A DNA stretch of 49,088 nucleotides, from NCBI GenBank assembly GCA_045133915.1, contig JBGUUX010000049.1:1-49088 (forward strand). The letters run 5' to 3'. The translations under genes were made by a program, and so were the position numbers. This DNA comes from Eubacteriales bacterium (GTDB lineage: Bacteria > Bacillota > Clostridia > Oscillospirales > CAG-272). Below, one piece after another: positions 11,107 through 19,996 of the stretch (position 1 is the first letter of the stretch; each line of letters begins with the position of its first letter). Below the pieces are notes generated by a model. That model worked only from the letters and a program-made list of their open reading frames with translations, was not told the DNA's origin and ran no database searches.

Positions 11107-11160
11107 AAATATCCCGTATCGGGATATTTTAATTATACCATTATGGGATAATTATGTCAA
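11107..11160 (-). promoter_or_regulatory. Consensus sigma-A promoter overlapped by two related palindromic operators
   Basis: Minus-strand TTGACA (11160-11155)-17 nt-TATAAT (11137-11132) with TG extension; palindromes AAATATCCCG-TAT-CGGGATATTT (11107-11129) and ATTATACCA-TTA-TGGGATAAT (11132-11152). Confidence 0.65.
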
Positions 11161-11171
11161 TGGGGGATTTG

Positions 11172-11378
11172 ATGAGATTGAAGGAACTAAGAAAAAAGAA
11201 AAATATATCTCAGCTTAAGTTAGCACTTGACCTTAACACAAATCAGAACACTATAAGCAGATACGAGACGGGAGAAAGAGAACCCGGAATAATGGAATTG
11301 ATAAAAATTGCAGATTATTTCAACGTATCGGTAGACTATCTTCTTGAACGTACCGACAAACCTGAAATGAACAAATAA
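11172..11378 (+). CDS. XRE/Cro-CI family helix-turn-helix regulator
   Basis: RLKELRKKKNISQLKLA..QNTISRYETGEREP..IADYFNVSVDYLL; ATG 11172 follows a GGGGGA RBS. Confidence 0.9.
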   Translation: MRLKELRKKKNISQLKLALDLNTNQNTISRYETGEREPGIMELIKIADYFNVSVDYLLERTDKPEMNK

Positions 11379-11388
11379 TATAAAGAAA

Positions 11389-11489
11389 CGAGCAAAAATT
11401 AATTTGCTCGCTTCAGACCACTGACAAACCCACCGATTTTTCGGTGGGCTTGTCAGTGGTCTATAAACGGTGGTTTTTAACCACCGTTT
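11389..11489. repeat. Three tandem inverted repeats, including a 22-bp-arm hairpin, between the convergent XRE and MATE genes
   Basis: CGAGCAAA/TTTGCTCG (11389-11410); AGACCACTGACAAACCCACCGA-TTTT-TCGGTGGGCTTGTCAGTGGTCT (11415-11462, 21/22 paired); AAACGGTGGTT/AACCACCGTTT (11465-11489). Confidence 0.8.
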
Positions 11490-12844
11490 TCTATATTGTT
11501 CATTGCTTTTCCGAACTGGAAGAAGAAAAGTATTGCCGTAAAGGTCACCGCTATTATATCCGCCACGGGCTCGGCTGTATATACGCCAAGGGTAGGATCG
11601 GGGATAATATGAGGCATTATATATATCAGAGGTAAAAGAAGAACGAACTTTCGCACCACCGCCACCGTTACCGAGGACAGAGCCTTGCCCATAGAAACAA
11701 AGGTCATCTGGCAGGCTATCTGTATGCCGAAAATTATCATACCGCCAAAGTAGATACGTATAACCCCCGCGGCAAAGTCTATAAGCGCCTTATCCGAGGT
11801 GAAAACTGCAGCAAAGGCTCCGGGTATAAGCATAACCAGCGCCCACAGTACCACCGAATAGCTAAGACAGGACACAAGCAGAAGCTTGAAAGTCTTTTTA
11901 ACGCGCAGGGCGTCCTTTGCTCCGTAGTTGTAACTGAGTATAGGCTGTGCGCCCTGAGCTATCCCCTGCATAGGAAGCATAGCAAACTGCATAACGCTTG
12001 TCAGTATGGTCATTGCTCCCACCGCTATATCTCCGCCGTAACCGAGAAGCGAGGAGTTAAAGCATACGGATATGACGCTTTCGCTTGCCTGCATAACGAA
12101 GGTTGCAAATCCAAGAGCTATACACGGCAGTATAAGTTTTGGAGATGTTATAAGATTTTTTACTCTTAAGCGCAGTATCGGCTTACGGGAACAAAGAAAG
12201 GATACGATCCAGATACAGGACACGCCCTGTGAAATGATGGTAGCAAGAGCGGCACCTCTGACACCCATGTCAAGGGTGTATATAAACAAAGGATCAAGTA
12301 TAATGTTTGTAACTGCTCCTATAGCCACCGAAACCATAGATATCTTAGTGAAACCTTGGGCACTGACAAAGGAGTTCATACCCAAAGTCAGCTGAACGAA
12401 AAGTGTTCCCAAAGCGTAAATATTCATATAGCTTGTCGCATACTCTATTGTGTTTTTGCTGGCACCGAAAGCAAGGAGAAGCTGTCGGTTGAATATAAGC
12501 AGAATTACGGTGAGCATTGCGGAAATGATTATCTGCAATCCAAAGCAACCGCCAAGAGTCTTTTCTGCCTTATCCATTTCCCTCTGCCCCATAAATATAG
12601 AAGCTCTGGGGGCTCCGCCCGATGCCACGAGAGCGGCAAAGGCGGATACTATCATAATGATAGGCATACATACGCCTACACCTGTGAGAGCCAGATCTCC
12701 TTTTTCGGGAATATGACCGATATAGATACGGTCAACTATATTATAGAGCATATTTATAAGCTGTGCCGCAACCGTAGGCACGGCTAACTTAAATAGCAGC
12801 TTTCCTATGGGAGCAGTCCCCAACATTTGTTTGTTATCAGTCAT
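11477..12844 (-). CDS. MATE family efflux transporter (MepA-like)
   Basis: LAVP...NMLYNIVDRIYIG, NIILDPLFI..MGVRGAALAT, GAQPILSYNYGA; 12 TM segments. Confidence 0.93.
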   Translation of the reverse strand: MTDNKQMLGTAPIGKLLFKLAVPTVAAQLINMLYNIVDRIYIGHIPEKGDLALTGVGVCMPIIMIVSAFAALVASGGAPRASIFMGQREMDKAEKTLGGCFGLQIIISAMLTVILLIFNRQLLLAFGASKNTIEYATSYMNIYALGTLFVQLTLGMNSFVSAQGFTKISMVSVAIGAVTNIILDPLFIYTLDMGVRGAALATIISQGVSCIWIVSFLCSRKPILRLRVKNLITSPKLILPCIALGFATFVMQASESVISVCFNSSLLGYGGDIAVGAMTILTSVMQFAMLPMQGIAQGAQPILSYNYGAKDALRVKKTFKLLLVSCLSYSVVLWALVMLIPGAFAAVFTSDKALIDFAAGVIRIYFGGMIIFGIQIACQMTFVSMGKALSSVTVAVVRKFVLLLPLIYIMPHIIPDPTLGVYTAEPVADIIAVTFTAILFFFQFGKAMNNIENGG

Positions 12845-13326
12845 TTTCTTATCCTATAGTCATTGATCTCGTTGTGAGATCGGAATATGATTATCTTTTT
12901 ATCCTTGTATCTTTCGGTCAATTCATAGATATGAGGCAACGCCCTGTTGGGAAAATCCAGTATCCACTCTCTGAATTCTTCATCAAACTCTTCCTCTATC
13001 CAAGGCATATCCTCCCGCTTACAGCCAATACGGTTACGTACCCCCTGTAAGCATAGCTCTGTGGGTAGATCAAGCAGAAATACAGTATCGCAATTCTTGA
13101 ATCTGACCTCAAGTGTGCGGTCATAGTTTCCGTCTATTATCCATTCGTCTTTTTCTAAAATTTCGGTCAACTTACGGTCAAATTCCTCACGGCTGATATT
13201 TGTTCTGTCAGGCTTATGCCATATCATATCAAGGTGGAATAAGGGCAAGCCGGTCTCCTCACGTAAGCGTCGGGCAAAGGTAGACTTACCTGCTCCCGGA
13301 CAGCCGATAACTAATACTTTTTTCAT
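12841..13326 (-). CDS. P-loop kinase of the adenylate kinase-like / FlaR (topology modulation) family
   Basis: VIGCPGAGKSTFAR, HLD..WH, WIIDGNY; ATGA overlap with the MATE gene. Confidence 0.85.
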   Translation of the reverse strand: MKKVLVIGCPGAGKSTFARRLREETGLPLFHLDMIWHKPDRTNISREEFDRKLTEILEKDEWIIDGNYDRTLEVRFKNCDTVFLLDLPTELCLQGVRNRIGCKREDMPWIEEEFDEEFREWILDFPNRALPHIYELTERYKDKKIIIFRSHNEINDYRIRK

Positions 13327-13338
13327 ATCATTATCTTA

Positions 13339-13366
13339 AAAGGACTATGAAATATCATAGTCCTTT
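13339..13366 (-). terminator. Intrinsic terminator downstream of lysS
   Basis: AAAGGACTATGA-AATA-TCATAGTCCTTT, 12-bp perfect stem; short U tract on the minus strand. Confidence 0.65.
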
Positions 13367-13384
13367 ATCTAAATATACAGTAAT

Positions 13385-13462
13385 TTCTCCAAATCGGGCA
13401 CCGCAAAAACAGTTTAATCTCAGTAAGAGTCCCGATTATCGCAGCGGTCCGGCGACCGCTTA
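13385..13462 (-). repeat. Dispersed structured intergenic element, copy 1 (after lysS stop)
   Basis: Minus strand: TAA-GCGGTC(GCCG)GACCGC-TGCGATAATCGGG...CCCGATTTGGAGAAAT; homologous to the copies at 31900-31972 and 34500-34569. Confidence 0.6.
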
Positions 13463-15388
13463 ATACAGCTTTGCGCCTGCGGGGATATGGTTATCTACCA
13501 TAAGGAGGTGGAGCTTTTCTTCGCCTTCCTCGGTATGGATAGCGGAGAGAAGCATACCGCAAGATTCGATACCCATCATAGGTCTGGGAGGCAGGTTGGT
13601 GATAGCGATAAGGGTCTTACCAACAAGCTCTTCGGGCTCGTAGAACGCATGAATACCGCTGAGGATGGTTCTATCCTCACCTGTACCGTCGTCAAGAGTG
13701 AACTGAAGAAGCTTCTTGGACTTCTTAACAGCCTCACAAGCCTTTACCTTAACTGCTCTGAAGTCGGACTTAGAGAAGGTCTCAAAGTCAACACAGTCAG
13801 CAAAGAGGGGCTCGATCTCTACCTTAGAGAAATCGATGATCTCGGGCTTAGATTCAACAACTGCAGCCTTTTCTTCCTTCTTTTCCTTCTTGGGAGCATC
13901 TGTAGGCTTCATTGTGGGGAAAAGGAGAACGTCACGAATGGAAGCGGAGTCGGTAAGGAGCATTACAAGTCTGTCGATACCAAAACCAAGACCGCCTGTA
14001 GGAGGCATACCGTACTCAAGAGCGTTGATGTAGTCATAGTCTACCTCTGCCTTGGTGTCGGGCTCAAGAGCCTTACGGTCTGCAACCTGCTTCTCGAAAC
14101 GCTGCTTCTGGTCGATGGGGTCGTTAAGCTCGGAGAATGCGTTACCGAACTCGGTAGCGTTGATAAAGTACTCAAAACGCTCGGTGAACATAGGATCCTC
14201 GGGCTTACGCTTTGCAAGAGGGCTGATCTCTACGGGGTAATCGTAGATAAATGTAGGCTGAATAAGGTTCTCTTCAACAAATGCATCAAAGAACTCTGCA
14301 ATGATAGCGCCCTTACTGGGAACCTCGGGAAGCTCAACGTGATGCTTCTTTGCAAGTTCAATTGCTTCTTCATCGGTCTTAACTTCGTTAAAGTCAACAC
14401 CACTATACTTCTTAACAGCATCAACCATAGTGAGCTTTTCCCACTTGGAGATATCAATAGTATGACCCTGATAGGGAATCTGGAGAGTGCCGCAAACCTT
14501 GAGAGTTACGGTCTTCATCATATCCTCAACGAGATCCATCAGACCGTGGTAGTCGGTATATGCCTGATAGAGCTCAATAGAGGTGAACTCGGGATTGTGC
14601 TTGGGGTCCATACCCTCGTTACGGAAGATACGGCCTACCTCGTATACACGGTCCATACCGCCTACGATAAGTCTCTTTAAGTAAAGCTCTGTCTCGATAC
14701 GGAGAACCATGTCCATATCAAGAGTATTGTGATGGGTATAGAAAGGTCTTGCGGACGCGCCTATCTCAAAAGGTGTGAGGATAGGGGTGTCAACCTCAAG
14801 AAATCCCTTAGCGTCAAGGAAGTGACGGAGCTCACGAAGGATAAGGCTACGCTTAACGAAGGTGTCCTTAACCTCGGGGTTAACGATAAGGTCAACGTAT
14901 CTCTGACGGTATCTGGTCTCACGGTCGGTTAAGCCGTGGAACTTTTCGGGCAGAGGAAGAAGGGACTTTGAAAGGAGAGTGATCTCCTGTGCGTGAACAG
15001 ACATCTCGCCTGTCTTGGTGGTAAACGCAAAGCCCTTGATACCGATAATATCGCCGATATCCCACTTCTTAAACTCGGGGTACATACCCTCGGGGATGTC
15101 GTCTCTCTTTACGTATACCTGGATTCTGCCGTCGTTGTCCTGAACATGACAGAAAGCAGCCTTACCCATGATACGGCGGCTCATCATACGTCCTGCGATC
15201 ATAACGGGAGTCTGACCCGCTTCAAGCTCTGCAAAGTTTTCCTTGATGGTCTTGCTGGTATGGGTAAAATCAAACTTGGTTATTTCAAAGGGATCGTTGC
15301 CTGCCTCGCGAAGAGCTGCAAGCTTGTCTCTTCTTATCTGCAGGATCTCGGAAAGGTCCTGAGTTTCAATATTGTTGTTCTGTTCCAT
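13460..15388 (-). CDS. lysS: Lysine--tRNA ligase (class II) with an extra C-terminal tRNA-binding OB domain
   Basis: R.MGKAAF, RYRQRYVDL, motif 2 FRNEG..HNPEFT, motif 3 GMPPTGGLGFGIDRL; then a Lys/Glu-rich linker and a MetRS-C/Trbp111-like domain. Confidence 0.97.
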   Translation of the reverse strand: MEQNNNIETQDLSEILQIRRDKLAALREAGNDPFEITKFDFTHTSKTIKENFAELEAGQTPVMIAGRMMSRRIMGKAAFCHVQDNDGRIQVYVKRDDIPEGMYPEFKKWDIGDIIGIKGFAFTTKTGEMSVHAQEITLLSKSLLPLPEKFHGLTDRETRYRQRYVDLIVNPEVKDTFVKRSLILRELRHFLDAKGFLEVDTPILTPFEIGASARPFYTHHNTLDMDMVLRIETELYLKRLIVGGMDRVYEVGRIFRNEGMDPKHNPEFTSIELYQAYTDYHGLMDLVEDMMKTVTLKVCGTLQIPYQGHTIDISKWEKLTMVDAVKKYSGVDFNEVKTDEEAIELAKKHHVELPEVPSKGAIIAEFFDAFVEENLIQPTFIYDYPVEISPLAKRKPEDPMFTERFEYFINATEFGNAFSELNDPIDQKQRFEKQVADRKALEPDTKAEVDYDYINALEYGMPPTGGLGFGIDRLVMLLTDSASIRDVLLFPTMKPTDAPKKEKKEEKAAVVESKPEIIDFSKVEIEPLFADCVDFETFSKSDFRAVKVKACEAVKKSKKLLQFTLDDGTGEDRTILSGIHAFYEPEELVGKTLIAITNLPPRPMMGIESCGMLLSAIHTEEGEEKLHLLMVDNHIPAGAKLY

Positions 15389-15409
15389 TGTTATTACCTT
15401 TTATACGTC

Positions 15410-15883
15410 TTACTTGGATATCTTGAGGATCTCAAGGTGTGCTACACCGCCGGGAGTAGTGAACTCAACGGTATCGCCTACCTTTGCGCCCATAAGAGCA
15501 CGGCCGATGGGAGAAAGGTCGGAAACCTTATTTTCAAGGGGATTAGCCTCTGTAGAACCTACGATAGCGTACTCAACGTCTTCGTCAAACTCTACGTCAT
15601 GTACGAGAACGGTGTTACCTACGTTAACAACATCTGTCTTGATGTCGGTATCGCTGATTACCTTAACGTGCTTGAGCATCTCCTCGAGCTCGATGATTCT
15701 GGACTCGGTCTTACCCTGCTCGGTCTTAGCCTCGTCGTACTCGCTGTTCTCGGAAAGGTCACCGAAGGAAAGAGCTACACGGATAGCCTCTACGTTGTCC
15801 TTACGCTTGACTGTCTTTAAGTATTCTAATTCATCCTGTAATTTCTTAAGACCTTCGGGGGTTACAATAATAGGTTCTGCCAT
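15410..15883 (-). CDS. greA: Transcription elongation factor GreA
   Basis: GDLSENSEY motif; SPIGRALMG. Confidence 0.97.
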   Translation of the reverse strand: MAEPIIVTPEGLKKLQDELEYLKTVKRKDNVEAIRVALSFGDLSENSEYDEAKTEQGKTESRIIELEEMLKHVKVISDTDIKTDVVNVGNTVLVHDVEFDEDVEYAIVGSTEANPLENKVSDLSPIGRALMGAKVGDTVEFTTPGGVAHLEILKISK

Positions 15884-15900
15884 TGTTATATCTCCTTTAA

Positions 15901-17097
15901 TTAATTATCATTTTCAAAGTTTTGTACAGCAGCAATGAGCTGTGTATCATTGTCGTCTGTAAGCTTGTACAGACTGATATCTCTGACATCTTCTGCCATG
16001 TCGATATCGATATGCGGTTTAATGCCCACGCCGTCGTAGTTGTCGGAGAAGGGCGGTTTGTACATACGGTAGGTTATACGAAGCGCAGAACCGTTAATAA
16101 GCGGTAATATCGTCTGCATACTTCCCTTTCCGTAAGACGTCTTGCCTACGAGAGTGGCAAGCTCATAATCGCTTAATGCCGAAGCAAAGAGCTCTGCGGC
16201 ACTGGCGGTGTTCTCATTTATCAATACAGCCATAGGAGCCTTAAAGCACTCGGCATCAGAGGTCCTTTGCTGCTCGGTTCCGTCTTTTGCACAGATACGT
16301 ATGATAGGACCCTCGGGGAGAAGAAAGTCCAGTATATCAACTACACTTTCAAGATCTCCGCCCGGATTGTTTCTTACGTCAAATACAAATCGGGTTGCTC
16401 CCTCCTTCTGCAATCTTGCAATCTCAGACTTAAACTGGGAAGGAGTGTTTATATCAAATTCTTCAAGTCGGATAACACCCGTAACACCGTCGGCATGCAT
16501 ACGTCCCTTGGCGTTCTGTTGTGTCACCTTTCGACGGGTAATGGAAAAATCGAGCGTTTTGTCTCCTCTTAAGACAGAAAACTCTGCTATGGTATCGGCC
16601 TTACCCGCCATAGCGTCAAGGGCTTCGGTATAGGTCATGTTGGAGGCGTCTTTTCCACCTATAACAGATATAAGATCACCTATCCTTACGTCTGCCTCCT
16701 CTGCCGGAGAATGAGGAACAACGTTTACGACCTCGAGCATCCGGTATTCGTCGTTATAGATTACAGAAACACCGATACCAACGCTTTCACCGTTGTTGTC
16801 AGCGGTAAATGACTCAACGCGCTGGGCATCCATATACTCGCCGTATCTGTCACCGGTTCCGTATATATAACCGGCTATAAGAGCCTCCTCGAGAGCTTTG
16901 TCGTCAAGCTCACCGTAATAATACTGACGGTAAGCGTGATCAAGTGCCTTGAGCATCTCCATGTTCTCTATATTACCCTCATAGCTATTCTGTCCACGGA
17001 CAAAATTGTAGGTAGCTCCAAAGGTAATAAGAACTGCGATAAGTGCCGATATCAGCATCGCTGATATCAGCACCAAGATCGAAAATCTTTTTTTCAT
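15901..17097 (-). CDS. S41 family C-terminal processing protease (CtpA-like, PDZ domain)
   Basis: N-terminal TM anchor, GIGV PDZ loop, DVRNNPGG, TASAAE catalytic Ser, YGKGSMQ catalytic Lys. Start placed at MKKRF (17097). Confidence 0.92.
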   Translation of the reverse strand: MKKRFSILVLISAMLISALIAVLITFGATYNFVRGQNSYEGNIENMEMLKALDHAYRQYYYGELDDKALEEALIAGYIYGTGDRYGEYMDAQRVESFTADNNGESVGIGVSVIYNDEYRMLEVVNVVPHSPAEEADVRIGDLISVIGGKDASNMTYTEALDAMAGKADTIAEFSVLRGDKTLDFSITRRKVTQQNAKGRMHADGVTGVIRLEEFDINTPSQFKSEIARLQKEGATRFVFDVRNNPGGDLESVVDILDFLLPEGPIIRICAKDGTEQQRTSDAECFKAPMAVLINENTASAAELFASALSDYELATLVGKTSYGKGSMQTILPLINGSALRITYRMYKPPFSDNYDGVGIKPHIDIDMAEDVRDISLYKLTDDNDTQLIAAVQNFENDN

Positions 17098-17163
17098 TAT
17101 AAATTGCCTTTTTATCTGTTTGTGGCGTATTGGAGCCAAAAGCTCCTATATACTACGAACCCC

Positions 17164-18372
17164 TTACGGAGAAACGTAGTTCTGAGGATTCTGCACCTGG
17201 CCGTTTACACGCACCTCAAAGTGGAGGTGGTTACCGCTGGATGAGCCTGTGGTACCCATCTCTGCAATATGCTGACCCTGTTTTACTATCTGTCCTGCCG
17301 AAACAAGGAGCTGACTGTTATGCGCATAAAGTGTAGCGTAACCGTCGCCGTGGTCGATAAGACAGTAGTAACCGTAGCTGTAATGATAAGTAGCTATCAG
17401 TACCTCGCCTGCGGCAGATGCATAGATGTTTGTGCCGGAGGGCGCAGGAATATCTATACCAAGATGATAGTCGTATCTGCCCCAAAGAGTTCTGGGACCA
17501 AAAGGTGAGGAAATTCTTGAATATCCGGGTACGGGCCAAATGAACTTGCCGCCGAATACAGGACGGTACTCGGTAGAGTTGTTCTTGTTTGCCGCCGCCT
17601 GCTCCTTAGCTCTCTGTGCAAGAAGGGCTGCGATATCCTTATTAGCCTTGTCCTCGGCTGCCTTAGCCTTTTTGTACTCGGCCTCAAGAGCCACCTGGTC
17701 GGACTGAAGCTTTTCTATATAAGCAAGAGTGTTGTCTATCTGCTTTTTAAGATCTGCTTCCTTGTTGATAAGAGAAGTTTTGGTCTCTTCCTGAGACTTT
17801 TTTGTCTCCTCAAGAACGTGCTTTTCTTCCTCAAGAGACTTAAGGGAATCCTGAAGATCCTGCATAAGCGAACGGTCAAAGTCGAGCATACTGCCCACAC
17901 GCTCAACCGTCATAAGGAAATCAGCAAAGCTCTTGGACTCAAATATCATCTCAAGATAGCTTGCGTTACCCTCCTCGTAGGTAAAGCGAAGACGCTCTAC
18001 CATTATATCGTATTTCTGAGCAATCTTTTCTTCGAGGGCGGTGATCTCTTTACCCTTATCATCGATCTTTACGGTATACTCCTCGATAAGGAGCTTTGTA
18101 GCGTCGATCTCGTTCTGGGTGGAGAGCACAAGAGAGTCAAGATATTCCTTCTGTCTTTCCTGCTCTGCTTCGTTATTCTTTGCAGCTTCAAGCTTTTTCT
18201 TGAGCTCAGCCTGCTCGTTCTGGAGAGAGTCTATCTTGTCCTCAAGAGCCTTCTCTGCTTCCTTGCTGGTATCCACCGCATAAACGTCGGTACCGTAAGG
18301 AATAGCAACGAACACCATAACAAACGCCATTAAAACAGCTGTTATAGCCTTGATTAAATTTGTTTTCTTCAT
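17164..18372 (-). CDS. Coiled-coil plus M23 peptidase murein hydrolase (EnvC/CwlO-like FtsEX partner)
   Basis: Signal peptide, long coiled coil, intact M23 zinc motifs HLGID and HLH; directly downstream of ftsX. Confidence 0.92.
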   Translation of the reverse strand: MKKTNLIKAITAVLMAFVMVFVAIPYGTDVYAVDTSKEAEKALEDKIDSLQNEQAELKKKLEAAKNNEAEQERQKEYLDSLVLSTQNEIDATKLLIEEYTVKIDDKGKEITALEEKIAQKYDIMVERLRFTYEEGNASYLEMIFESKSFADFLMTVERVGSMLDFDRSLMQDLQDSLKSLEEEKHVLEETKKSQEETKTSLINKEADLKKQIDNTLAYIEKLQSDQVALEAEYKKAKAAEDKANKDIAALLAQRAKEQAAANKNNSTEYRPVFGGKFIWPVPGYSRISSPFGPRTLWGRYDYHLGIDIPAPSGTNIYASAAGEVLIATYHYSYGYYCLIDHGDGYATLYAHNSQLLVSAGQIVKQGQHIAEMGTTGSSSGNHLHFEVRVNGQVQNPQNYVSP

Positions 18373-18384
18373 GTTTTGCCTCCT

Positions 18385-19299
18385 TTAAGCCTTAAGATGC
18401 TTGGAAAGCGAGATAGACGTACCTATGATACCTGTGATGATACCTACTGCAGCGAAGCCTATGAGAAGAACGTTCTGAAGCTCGGTGAAGGGTACTATGT
18501 CTATCATACCGTAATTAACGCTTACTGCATTATATACCGCACGGTATAAGAAATATTCTATACCGAAAGCAATAGCGGAAGAAACGACACCTATGATGAT
18601 ACCCTCCATAACGAAGGGAGTGGTAATAAACCATTTTGTTGCGCCTACGTAGCGCATAATGGAGATCTCCTGCTTGCGGGAATGTACCGCCAGCTTGATG
18701 GTGTTGATGATAACAAATACGCTGACAAGGAAAAGTATTGCCAAGAACCACATAAAGATAAATACTATGCTGTTCTTAAGACCCTCGATAGTCTCTGCAA
18801 GGTCGGCTCTGCACTGTACCTTGTGTACACCCTCTATCTGTTCAAGCTCCATCTGGAGAGAAGCTACCTTGTTGTTGTCCTCATACTGGATAACAAAGGT
18901 GTCGGGATAGGGGTTAATGCCGGTTTCGTCCATCTGATCAAAGAGGTCGGTAAAGTCGGAGTACTTCTGTCTCTCCTCGATAAGTACCTCTTCCTTGGTT
19001 ATAAGGGTTACAGCCTCTTCGTTTACGTTATCCATAAGACGGATACGTCTGCCGATAGAGTCTACATCCTCGTCGGTAAGGTCTGTATCACAGTAAGCTA
19101 CTATCTCGTTAAGAGATCCCAACTGATCAAGGTTGTGATCGATGTTATATACCAAGAGCGCAAAGCTACCCATTACGGTAAGACAGGACATGAGCACCGC
19201 TATAGATGCTACAGTCATCATTCCGTTACGGAAAAGGCTCTTGAATGCCTGGGAGATAAGATAGCCCAGACTGTATCTGCTTCTCTGCTTCTTACTCAT
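18385..19299 (-). CDS. ftsX: Cell division permease-like protein FtsX
   Basis: Four TM segments; IINTIKL...RKQEISIMRYVGAT..FI..PF..EG. Confidence 0.93.
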   Translation of the reverse strand: MSKKQRSRYSLGYLISQAFKSLFRNGMMTVASIAVLMSCLTVMGSFALLVYNIDHNLDQLGSLNEIVAYCDTDLTDEDVDSIGRRIRLMDNVNEEAVTLITKEEVLIEERQKYSDFTDLFDQMDETGINPYPDTFVIQYEDNNKVASLQMELEQIEGVHKVQCRADLAETIEGLKNSIVFIFMWFLAILFLVSVFVIINTIKLAVHSRKQEISIMRYVGATKWFITTPFVMEGIIIGVVSSAIAFGIEYFLYRAVYNAVSVNYGMIDIVPFTELQNVLLIGFAAVGIITGIIGTSISLSKHLKA

Positions 19300-19972
19300 C
19301 GAACATACCTCCTACCTTGTCATCAACAACGTGACCGTCCTTGATGGTAATAACTCGCTGCTGGAAGTAGTCAACGAAGTTCTTTTCGTGAGTAACCACG
19401 ATAACTGTTTTACCGTGCTTATGTATCTTAATAAGCAGGTTCATTATCTCAAGACTGAGCTTGGGGTCGATGTTACCTGTAGGCTCGTCTGCAATAATAA
19501 TGCTGGGGTTGTTGGCAAGCGCACGGGCAAGCGCAACACGCTGCTGCTCACCGCCTGAAAGCTCGCGGGGGAAGAACTTTGCCTTATCCTGAAGGTTTAC
19601 TATACTGAGGATAGTAGGTACACGGCGGTTGATGTCTCTTGTAGGAACACCGATAGCGCGCATAGCAAAGGCTACGTTCTCAAAAACAGTCTTATTGGGG
19701 AAAAGTCTGAAATCCTGGAACACGATGCCGAGATTTCGTCTGTAATAGGGGATCTTACGGTTAGGAGTCTTCTTAAGATCGTAACCGTCGACTATAAGAG
19801 TTCCCGAGGATATCTTTTCCTCTCGGAAAAGGGTCTTGAGCATGGTGGATTTACCTGCGCCCGACTCACCTACTATAAATACGAACTCTCCATCTTCAAT
19901 TTTAAGACTGACATCATCGAGAGCAAGTGTACCGTTGGGGTACTTCTTGCAGACGTTCTTGAATTCAATCAT
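19292..19972 (-). CDS. ftsE: Cell division ATP-binding protein FtsE
   Basis: [32 protein letters not shown]; overlaps ftsX. Confidence 0.95.
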   Translation of the reverse strand: MIEFKNVCKKYPNGTLALDDVSLKIEDGEFVFIVGESGAGKSTMLKTLFREEKISSGTLIVDGYDLKKTPNRKIPYYRRNLGIVFQDFRLFPNKTVFENVAFAMRAIGVPTRDINRRVPTILSIVNLQDKAKFFPRELSGGEQQRVALARALANNPSIIIADEPTGNIDPKLSLEIMNLLIKIHKHGKTVIVVTHEKNFVDYFQQRVITIKDGHVVDDKVGGMFDE

Positions 19973-19996
19973 ATTTTTGCCTCCTTTAGGCGTTTA

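Noticed and set aside
11172-13326. XRE + MATE + P-loop kinase as a defence or toxin-antitoxin module or prophage
   Set aside because: XRE is convergent with MATE, no toxin, integrase or phage gene is present, and all three belong to common stand-alone families.
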